Source of the DNA: Chloroflexota bacterium
GTDB taxonomy: Bacteria > Chloroflexota > Dehalococcoidia > Lucifugimonadales > JACPCL1
Direction of reading: 5' to 3'
Assembly (NCBI GenBank): GCA_016210375.1
Contig: JACQUH010000067.1
Span: 911-24,910 of the forward strand
Length of the DNA stretch: 24,000 nt
Positions 9,333 to 15,808 of the stretch are shown here, piece by piece (the stretch's first letter is position 1; each line of letters begins with the position of its first letter). The translations under genes were made by a program, and so were the position numbers. The notes under the pieces were generated by a model. The model was not told the DNA's origin. It did not search any database and was given only the letters and a program-made list of their open reading frames with translations.

Positions 9333-9364
9333 ATATCGTAGAAATCTCAAGCAGGAGGTCATCC

Positions 9365-10513
9365 ATGCGTCTCTGGAAGCGCATCCTCATCGCTGTTCTA
9401 GCGGTTGTTGTGCTGGCCGCGGCTGGCGGCATTGCCGGCGGTGGCTGGTATCTCTCCGACATCCTCAAGAAAGACGCCCTGATGCCGAACCACAAGCCCT
9501 CCGACCTGGACATGCGGGTGATTGCAGTGGGAAACGGTCAAATCACTCTTGGGGTAACGCCCTCCACCAGCAACACCGCGCCTTGGAAGTACGACGGCGT
9601 GTGGGGTGTACGGTGGGACAGCGGCTATGGCCAGGCGGGGGCCATCAGCCAGCTTACTGAGCAGCAGGTGGTACGGCCCTTCACGGCCTTCAACGGCGAG
9701 TTGCACCCAGACGACATGGTGCGCCTGGAAGGGACAGCTTTCCCCAGCGACCCATATCAGGTTTTCGCCATACCCTTCCAGGAGGTGCGGTACACATCGC
9801 CCCTGGGGGAGTTCAAAGCGTGGTATGTGGAGGGCAAGGGCAGCACCTGGGTCATTACCGTGCATGGCCGCAACGCGCCTCTCAGGGAGGGGCTGCGCAT
9901 TCTGCCTACCATTGTGGGAATGGGGTATCCCGTCCTCATGATAGAGTACCGCAACGACGATGGCGCGCCGCCGAACCCGGACGGCCTTCTACGCTACGGC
10001 CAAGCGGAGTGGCAGGACATGGAAGGGGCCGTCGGCTATGCCCTCCAGCAAGGCGCTCACGATGTGGTGCTGGTTGGCTTCAGAATGGGCGGCGCAATCG
10101 TTGCCAACTTCCTCTACCAGTCCGCCCAAGCGGACAAAGTGCGAGGGGTCATCCTGGATGCGCCCATGATCAACTTCAACAAGACCATTGACCTGGGCGT
10201 GCAGCAACGGGGCTACCCTACGCTAGTCGCGGGCGTTGCCAAGGGGTTCTCTCAGCTCCGCTTTGGTGTGCCGTGGCGCAAGCTGGACTACCTGAAGCAC
10301 ACCGACCGCTTGAAGGCCCCCATCCTGCTCTTTCACGGTGACGCCGACCCAACTGTGCCCATTGCCACTAGCGACGCCCTGGCCAAGGCCCGTCCGGACA
10401 TCGTGCGGTACGTGCGCATGGAAGGAGCGCTGCACGTTGGCTCGTGGAACCGAGACCCGACAGCATACGAAGCCGCCGTGCAAACGTTCCTCCAGGACAT
10501 TGGCAAGGGCTAG
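9365..10513 (+). CDS. Membrane-anchored alpha/beta-fold hydrolase-like protein with nucleophile Ser replaced by Arg
   Basis: 382 aa. AGGAGG lies 7 nt upstream of the ATG. N-terminal TM helix ILIAVLAVVVLAAAGGIAGGGWYL. Fold motifs VITVHGRN, nucleophile elbow VLVGFRMGGA (expected G-x-S-x-G; codon AGA at 10082-10084), LLFHGDADPTVP and GALHVG. Confidence 0.8.
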   Translation: MRLWKRILIAVLAVVVLAAAGGIAGGGWYLSDILKKDALMPNHKPSDLDMRVIAVGNGQITLGVTPSTSNTAPWKYDGVWGVRWDSGYGQAGAISQLTEQQVVRPFTAFNGELHPDDMVRLEGTAFPSDPYQVFAIPFQEVRYTSPLGEFKAWYVEGKGSTWVITVHGRNAPLREGLRILPTIVGMGYPVLMIEYRNDDGAPPNPDGLLRYGQAEWQDMEGAVGYALQQGAHDVVLVGFRMGGAIVANFLYQSAQADKVRGVILDAPMINFNKTIDLGVQQRGYPTLVAGVAKGFSQLRFGVPWRKLDYLKHTDRLKAPILLFHGDADPTVPIATSDALAKARPDIVRYVRMEGALHVGSWNRDPTAYEAAVQTFLQDIGKG

Positions 10514-10866
10514 GGCCGCACCAGCGCCACAACCACCGCCACAACGTAGTTACCGTGGTGGCTGATGCTCAGATCAATGCTCAAGATATGGGATGCGTCG
10601 TACTCCGAAGCAAAGGCCAGGTAGGGCTTGCCTTCAGGCGTATGGCGCACCTCTACCACGTGCCAATTGCCCTTAGGTAGAGCCAGGGCCTTGAATACCG
10701 CTTCTTTGGCGGCACAGACGGCGGCAAGGCGCTCCGAGCTTGCCCCCTGCGCCTCTGAGGGATGAAACAGCCGCCGTCGGAATGCATCGCCTCCCGCCGT
10801 TAGGGAGCGTTGAAACTCCTCCAAGCTCACCAGGTCAATCCCTGTACGCACCTCTAGGTTTTCCAC
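10510..10866 (-). CDS. acpS: Holo-[acyl-carrier-protein] synthase (AcpS-type 4'-phosphopantetheinyl transferase)
   Basis: 118 aa from GTG 10866, with GGAGAGG 7 nt upstream. The motifs TGIDLVSLEEF ... RRLFHPSE ... LAAVCAAKEAVFKAL ... W..VEV ... GKPYL ... LSISHHGNYVVAVVV match the short AcpS pattern. Its stop overlaps the stop of the convergent hydrolase gene within CTAG at 10510-10513. Confidence 0.85.
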   Translation of the reverse strand: MENLEVRTGIDLVSLEEFQRSLTAGGDAFRRRLFHPSEAQGASSERLAAVCAAKEAVFKALALPKGNWHVVEVRHTPEGKPYLAFASEYDASHILSIDLSISHHGNYVVAVVVALVRP

Positions 10867-11074
10867 ATGGACACCTCTCCCCCGGCCCGCCGTAGCAAGG
10901 CATGTCTACGACAGGCGAAGCATGACAGCGCAATAGTACACCTACCACGAAAGGTTAGTAGGGATGTACCTCTTCCCTCGGTCCGTCACGGCCTAGCATG
11001 GAGGCATGGGACAAGCCCCGTTTATCCATAAGAGCTGGCGCACGGCATTTAAATGCCAAGTGGGGAGGCATTCC

Positions 11075-12000
11075 ATGAACACGCTTGTGGACCTGCTGAC
11101 AGACGCTCATAGCCGTTTTGGAGGCCGGACGGCCCTGGCGATGCGCCAGGGCTATCACACTCAGCGGTGGAGCTACCGTCGCCTGAAGGAGACATCGGGC
11201 CAAGCAACGGCGCGTCTTCAAGGACAGGCAGTGCGGACGGGCGACCGCATCATGATTTGGGCGCAAAACTCGCCCCAAGTGGTAGCCGTTTTCTTCGGAT
11301 GCCTCCGGGCGGGGCCATTGTTGTACCTCTGGACGTGCGTAGCACACGCGAGTTTGCAGCAAAGGTGGTAGACAGCACCAAACCCAAGCTAGCCTTCGTG
11401 TCGTCAGCCACGGCGGCGGAAACCAGGGGCTTGGGCTTGCCCCAAGTGGCGCTGGAAGAACTGCAAGCCTTCCTGGTTGATGCTGCACCCTTGGTTCAGG
11501 AAGTGAGTCTATTTTCTAGCGACATCGCTGAAATCATCTTCACCTCTGGCACAACCGGCGACCTGGGAGCAACAGACCAGGACGGCTTCCTCTACTCCCG
11601 GGGGAGGAAGAAGGACCTGATTGTGCTGGCCAGCGGTATGAACGTGTACCCGGAGGACATTGAAGCGCGCCTACGACGTCATCCGGCAGTGGCCGTCGCG
11701 GTGGTAGTTGGCCTGCCCAAGAGCGAGCAGGACGTGGAGGTGCGCCGCCTTGCTCTTGAATAACAAGGGGGCAATAGCCAAAACGGTCGTGGAGGAGGTC
11801 AACAGGGCGCTGGCCGACCACCAGCGGGTGCAAGGCTTGACGGTACGGCCGGACGAAGACTTCCCACGCACCAATACGCTGAAGGTCAAGAAGCAGGAGG
11901 TCATCCAACGCCTTATGCAGCTTCGTGCAGGGCAAGGTACTTCAGTGCCACCCGTTGATGCAATGCCTGAAGCCACGCCACTGTATCGCCTAGCGGCGCA
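11075..12000 (+). pseudogene. Decayed paralog of the acyl-ligase module of the 5877..9332 gene (two frameshifts, large internal deletion, carrier and acyltransferase parts missing)
   Basis: Three ORF-track fragments in three frames align colinearly with the intact ligase.
- [25 protein letters not shown]...VFFGCLRAG aligns with MADTLVQFLQEASDKFGSRPALFFKP...AFFGCLRAG.
- After a frameshift at G-run 11311-11314, [30 protein letters not shown] follows.
- FTSGTTGD is joined directly to [21 protein letters not shown] at about 11553-11567.
- A second frameshift lies near 11740-11745, with a stop at 11761-11763.
- Then comes ...DHQRVQGLTVRPDEDFPRTNTLKVKKQEVIQRL.
- Homology fades at about 12000.
GGGGAGG lies 6 nt upstream of ATG 11075. 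Confidence 0.8.
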
Positions 12001-12460
12001 GGTGGCCCCACGCCGCCGAAGGGGGCGTGATGCGCCGACAGCTTCCCGAAGGTCAAAGCACCTTAACCGCCTGGCTGTGGCGTTCCGTCAGGTGCCAGGA
12101 GTGCTGCGAGACGAGGTACGTCTATGCCGACTTGTGTTTCGTGCTAAGGTGGCGAAGTCCGTCGGGAAAGTGGATTTTTCGCTCTAAGCGCATCAAAAAG
12201 TCCGATAAAGTCCTTCCAAGAAGCTACCGTATCTTAAACGTCAAACCCGAAATCCGATGTACCTGTCCAGGCCGGAGCAGGCCGTCCAGGGCATGGCTCT
12301 TCTCTCGTCGTCCCTCCGAAGGGCTGTCGGCTCCGCCGCCTTGAAAATCCAGCCAGTAGCACCAAAGAGTGGATGCAAAAGACGGGCCTTCGGGGGGCGA
12401 CACGGGGGGATCGCTCTGCGATAATGGTAGGGTATTCATCGGAAAGAGGAAGGAGAAACG

Positions 12461-12817
12461 ATGGCAACCGAAGCGCCCCTGCGGGGGTTCTGTGCGATGG
12501 TCCATGAGGCGCTGCCGCCCCGAAACAGTGTTAAGTCGCAGGTGATCGCGACAGTCTGGAATCTTTCGGGCACGGATGGTGCGGTGAGCGCCGCCCAGGT
12601 GCATCGCTATCTACCACACCTGACCAGAGGTCAGGTGTCGGGCTGCCTCTCCCGTTGCCAGGCCGACGGGTGCCTTAACTCAAAGCGTGTCAAGATTCCA
12701 CCGGGCAACTTCGGGTTCGTATTCCGGCTGTCGGGGTATGGCCGTTCGTGGCTCACCTGGGCCATAGCGACGGGCTTGCTCACCCAGCAGGCCCCAGGGG
12801 AGGGAGAATCGCAATGA
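12461..12817 (+). CDS. Hypothetical small protein, possibly winged-helix DNA-binding
   Basis: 118-aa ORF with a strong SD (AGGAAGGAG) about 6 nt upstream of the ATG. Promoter-like GCGACA-17 nt-GATAAT lies upstream. The segment VSAAQVHRYLPHLTRGQVSGCLSRCQADGCL is reminiscent of a wHTH recognition region. I recognise no family with certainty. Confidence 0.45.
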   Translation: MATEAPLRGFCAMVHEALPPRNSVKSQVIATVWNLSGTDGAVSAAQVHRYLPHLTRGQVSGCLSRCQADGCLNSKRVKIPPGNFGFVFRLSGYGRSWLTWAIATGLLTQQAPGEGESQ

Positions 12818-13375
12818 CGCGCTTAGTGAAGCAAACCTGTAGCTGGCCCAAGTCGTCCATGACCCGAATAGACGGCTCGCCTATGCCCCCGCCGCGCATC
12901 TACCGTAGACCCAGGCCCAGCGTTCCCGCGCCTCCACCCGTGCCCCTGGCCCGTGCCCAGGCCCCTGAGCTAGGCCCCCGGCCGTGCAGCCTAGGGCGCG
13001 GGTAATTCGGCGGCAACGGCTTGCAGAACCGTCCCCGAACGTGCAGGAGGTCGTAGAGCAGGCTGACGTGGAAGAGCAGCTTATGACCGTTCAGGAGCCG
13101 CCCCAGGAGGCCGATGCGTCCCTGGCCGTATCTGCACTTGACGATAATGACGCCTCGCACAGCCCGCCTGACAAGGCGGCCCAGGCTGGGGGCCTCCCGC
13201 CTGGCCGGGAGCTTGCCCGTAGCTGGGGCATAGGAGGATGTTTGCTAACGGTTTGCTAACCAACTCAGCACGATTTCTTGGCACAGGACGGCACCACAGA
13301 TACAAAATGGGGGGTGTGGCCCTGGACGGTTATAGAACAGAACGTATCTGGCAGCATAGAACAACACATACGGCT

Positions 13376-13422
13376 AAGGTTTCCTAAACCGTTGGTCGGC
13401 GGTTCAAATCCGCCCAGGGGTA
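13376..13422 (+). other. tRNA-Arg(CCU)-like 3' fragment (anticodon arm to acceptor 3' strand); not an intact tRNA gene
   Basis: Canonical geometry is present:
- Anticodon arm AAGGT-TTCCTAA-ACCGT (13376-13392; one A/G mismatch; U33, anticodon CCT, A37).
- 5-nt variable loop TGGTC.
- T-arm GGCGG-TTCAAAT-CCGCC (13398-13414).
- Acceptor 3' strand CAGGGGT plus discriminator A.
The upstream 34 nt do not supply a pairing acceptor 5' strand (4/7) or a D-loop with GG. Confidence 0.5.
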
Positions 13423-13458
13423 CTCCCCAACCAGTTCCTTTGCAGGCGATAACCCCCG

Positions 13459-14340
13459 TCAGCTTCCGCCGGGAAGGCCAAGCCCCCCCAGAAAGGCGAG
13501 GACGGCCTCTCGGAAGGCCTGCGGCGCATCGGAGGGGACGGCGTGCCCCGCGCCGGGGATCTCGGACAACCTGCCATCGGGGATGGCCGCCACTACTCGT
13601 TGGGCTGTCGCCAGGCTTACCAGGGGGCTGTTTCCCCCGTGAACAAACAGAACCGGGCACCGCAGGGAGGGGAGCATGTCCCACAGCCCTTCCATCTGCT
13701 GGCGGAAAGCCTCTGACCCGCCAATCACCCACCACAGCTCCGGGTCCAGGCGAAAGACCCACATGCCCGCCCAGTTCTGCCTCATGCCGTGCTGGAAACG
13801 CCACTCTGTGCGCCTTTCGTTGTCGTCGGGGTAGACCGTGCGCAGATACGCCTTGGCCTCCTCGGGCGTGGCGAAGCCCAGAGGCCGGGTGAATACAGGG
13901 AGCGCTGTCTGGCGGACCGGCTCCACCAGGGTTCCCGGCCCGCCGTCCACCAGCACCAGGCGAGCTATCATGCCTGGGTACCGGGCCGCCAGGTACATAG
14001 CGATCATGGCCCCGAGGGAGTGGCCCACCAGGTGGAAGGAGCGCAGGTTGAGGTGGCGCGCCAGGGCCGTTACGTCGTCGGCGAAGAGGTCCAGAGTGTA
14101 GCCGTCCGGGGCATGACCGCTCTCGCCGTGCCCGCGCAGGTCCAAAGCTATCACCCGGAATCGGGGGGAGGCCTCCCTGGCGAAGTCGTCCCACGCATGG
14201 GCGTTGCTGGTGAGGCCGTGGAGGAGGACAAGGTGCTCCCGCGGGCCTTCGCCCCAGTCCAGGTAGTGCAGGCGCAGGCCGTCCCGCTCAAAATGGAGGG
14301 ACATTGGCCTGCCTTGGTAGGCGGTGACAGATTCAGTCAC
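13459..14340 (-). CDS. Alpha/beta hydrolase (intact catalytic motifs)
   Basis: 293 aa from GTG 14340, with GAGGAG 8 nt upstream. An alternative ATG is at 14304. Motifs LVLLHGLTSNAHAWDDF, nucleophile elbow VGHSLGAMIA and GAGHAVPSD. Confidence 0.88.
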   Translation of the reverse strand: MTESVTAYQGRPMSLHFERDGLRLHYLDWGEGPREHLVLLHGLTSNAHAWDDFAREASPRFRVIALDLRGHGESGHAPDGYTLDLFADDVTALARHLNLRSFHLVGHSLGAMIAMYLAARYPGMIARLVLVDGGPGTLVEPVRQTALPVFTRPLGFATPEEAKAYLRTVYPDDNERRTEWRFQHGMRQNWAGMWVFRLDPELWWVIGGSEAFRQQMEGLWDMLPSLRCPVLFVHGGNSPLVSLATAQRVVAAIPDGRLSEIPGAGHAVPSDAPQAFREAVLAFLGGLGLPGGS

Positions 14341-14424
14341 GTTGTCTTCTCCTCTGGCGTTGTCGGCTATTATGCCACAGCCAACACCGCCAAACTTACC
14401 ACTGCGAGGATGCAGAGGTGTAAA

Positions 14425-14529
14425 GAATCAGTGTGATTCGGCTTTGCCGAATCACACTGATTCAAGCGTATCTGCTCCCCCTTCCCCCATGGGGAAGGGG
14501 GAGCCAGAGGGGGTTAGGTTATTTGGTCC
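14425..14529 (-). repeat. Composite hairpin repeat, family A, copy 1 (inverted orientation)
   Basis: - Hairpin 2: 14425-14463, GAATCAGTGTGATTCGGC-TTT-GCCGAATCACACTGATTC (18-bp perfect stem).
- Hairpin 1: 14475-14503, CTCCCCCTTCCCC-CAT-GGGGAAGGGGGAG.
- Conserved flank CCAGAGGGGGTTAGGT, the reverse complement of ACCTAACCCCCTCTGG. Confidence 0.85.
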
Positions 14530-14610
14530 AGGATCATAAGGGTGCGGCATGTGGGGACATTGGGATGCCACAGCCTTTAGGTCTTTGACTCATTAGAAAG
14601 ACATCCCTAT

Positions 14611-14768
14611 GTCATGCTGAGGGAGTACCGACTGGTCGGGACGACCGAAGCATCTAAGGCGTTCCGCCGATTATCTGCGAACTTCCGCTTGGGAACCAGA
14701 CGCTCACCAATGGTGCGCCTTAGATTCTTCGCTGCGTCCCGATTGCATCGGGACTTGCTCAGAATGAC
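14611..14768. repeat. Inverted-repeat element, family B (~158 bp, ~51-bp imperfect arms; MITE/REP-like)
   Basis: - Left arm: GTCATGCTGAGGGAGTACCGACTGGTCGGGACGACCGAAGCATCTAAGGCG (14611-14661).
- Reverse complement of the right arm (14716-14768): GTCATTCTGAGCAAGTCCCGATGCAATCGGGACGCAGCGAAGAATCTAAGGCG.
- Each arm contains its own small hairpin. Confidence 0.75.
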
Positions 14769-14968
14769 CTGTTGAAAGTCGCTGTATTTAGTCAATGACC
14801 ATGAGGCCGTGGTGATTGATACTGCTTCCACAGGCGCTTGGAAAAACGGAAGACCCCGCCTTGGCATACCCCCCGTTGACCGCCGTGAGGCCAGGATGCT
14901 ACAATTCTTTCAACCAAGGTTCGCAATCTGAGTTCTACGTTCCTGCCTACGCACGAAAGGAGTGTGCT

Positions 14969-15361
14969 GTGATAACCGTATCTGAGTTGGCCAGCGAGAA
15001 GCTGAGGGGCATTATGGACGAGGAGGGCCAGCCCGAGTCTGCGCTACGAATCATCGTCGTCCCCAGCCCTCACGGTGGAGCGCCGTACATGCTCTCCCTG
15101 GAGAGGGAAACCAAACAGGACGATTCGGTGATTGACGCCTACGGCGTGAGGATCCTGGTGGACTCGGACAGCCTGCCTCTCCTGGAAGGGTCGGAGATTG
15201 ACTACGTGGAAGGGCTGATGCGGAGCGGGTTTGTCATTTCCAACCCCAACTTCATGGCGGAGGGTGGAGGATGCGCCTGTGGTGGGCAGTGCGGCTGCGG
15301 CGGCCATGGGGCGACGGACGAGGCGGAGCACGGTGAGGGATGCGCGTGCGGCGGGCATTAA
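14969..15361 (+). CDS. HesB/IscA-like (A-type Fe-S carrier fold) protein with atypical ligand set and Cys/Gly/His-rich tail
   Basis: GTG 14969 is preceded by AAAGGAG at 5-nt spacing; the ORF-track start at 14816 lies inside repeat-rich sequence. ITVSELASEKLRGIM...LRIIVVPSPHGGAPYMLSL...GFVISNPNF aligns with the IscA/HesB pattern. The C-terminus is GGGCACGGQCGCGGHGATDEAEHGEGCACGGH. Confidence 0.75.
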   Translation: MITVSELASEKLRGIMDEEGQPESALRIIVVPSPHGGAPYMLSLERETKQDDSVIDAYGVRILVDSDSLPLLEGSEIDYVEGLMRSGFVISNPNFMAEGGGCACGGQCGCGGHGATDEAEHGEGCACGGH

Positions 15362-15399
15362 CGGGCGAGCAGCAGGGTAGCTTTCTCAGGACCCATGGT

Positions 15400-15435
15400 G
15401 AAACCGCCCCCTGAAAGGGGGCGGTTTCGTTTTCC
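15400..15435 (+). terminator. Rho-independent terminator downstream of the HesB-like gene
   Basis: GAAACCGCCCCC-TGAAA-GGGGGCGGTTTC (12-bp perfect stem, 15400-15428) followed by GTTTTCC. It sits 39 nt after the stop. Confidence 0.75.
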
Positions 15436-15520
15436 AGCGATATGGTCATCAGTTGGTTGACTATTTCAGAACTCCCTTTGGGGCTGCCCCCTGGTGACCA
15501 TTTCCAAAATAGTCTGCCAA

Positions 15521-15662
15521 TTGGGTTTCTACCTAACCCCCTCTGGCTCCCCCTTCCCCCAGGGGAAGGGGGAGAAGATTGGCTTGAAACGGTGTGATGC
15601 GGCAAAGCCGCATCACACCGTTTCCTCAAATCAACGTCCCCTTCTCCGCTTCGGTGAGGGAG
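15521..15662 (+). repeat. Composite hairpin repeat, family A, copy 2
   Basis: - Flank: TTGGGTTTCTACCTAACCCCCTCTGG.
- Hairpin 1: 15547-15574.
- Hairpin 2: 15586-15624, GAAACGGTGTGATGCGGC-AAA-GCCGCATCACACCGTTTC.
- Extra module CTCCGCTTCGGTGAGGGAG, resembling the first module of copy 4. Confidence 0.85.
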
Positions 15663-15743
15663 ATGCTTTTACAAAAGCTATTTGATCCAAGACCATCAGG
15701 ATGGGATAGAAAGCCACCTTAAGGTTGTTTCTGAGGAGACTTA

Positions 15744-15784
15744 ACACAGCAAGCGGAAGGCAAGTAGCGTTCCGCTTGCTGTGT
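15744..15784 (-). terminator. Strong hairpin 25 nt downstream of the PHP gene stop (possible terminator; no U-tract)
   Basis: ACACAGCAAGCGGAA-11 nt-TTCCGCTTGCTGTGT, a 15-bp perfect stem. Neither strand has a T-run after it, so the terminator function is uncertain. Confidence 0.4.
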
Positions 15785-15808
15785 CATATACCGGCAAAGA
15801 GGCGCGGG

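Noticed and set aside
11006-11074. ATG 11006 as the start of the ligase paralog
   Set aside because: The upstream 23 codons have no counterpart in the intact ligase. ATG 11075 aligns with Met328 of the fusion and has a GGGGAGG SD.
11311-11745. Programmed ribosomal frameshifting in the ligase paralog
   Set aside because: Two independent frame changes, a 235-codon deletion removing most of the adenylation core, and loss of the downstream domains indicate decay, not recoding.
12814-13259. ORFs 12814..13005 (Pro-rich, ATGA-coupled to the wHTH ORF), 12984..13259 (+) and 12900..13160 (-)
   Set aside because: They have no recognisable motifs and a low-complexity composition. Apart from the ATGA overlap, no support is visible, so they are not reported as features.
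13342-13422. Intact tRNA gene
   Set aside because: Only positions 27-73 fold canonically. The candidate acceptor 5' strand ACGTATC pairs at 4/7 with CAGGGGT. The D region would need a 16-nt loop lacking GG, with a mismatched stem. It is therefore called a fragment only.
12961-13422. Split tRNA with a group I intron (GCCCCTG at 12961-12967 could pair with the acceptor 3' strand)
   Set aside because: The anticodon loop at 13381-13387 is contiguous with its own 5' stem strand, so no intron insertion point exists. The 7-mer match 450 nt upstream is plausible by chance in GC-rich DNA.
13265-14436. ORFs 13265..14194 (-), 13278..13892 (+) and 13789..14436 (+) overlapping the hydrolase gene
   Set aside because: They are Arg/Pro/Gly-rich alternative-frame or antisense translations. 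The 13459..14340 minus frame carries the real alpha/beta hydrolase motifs (HGLTSN, GHSLGA, GAGH).
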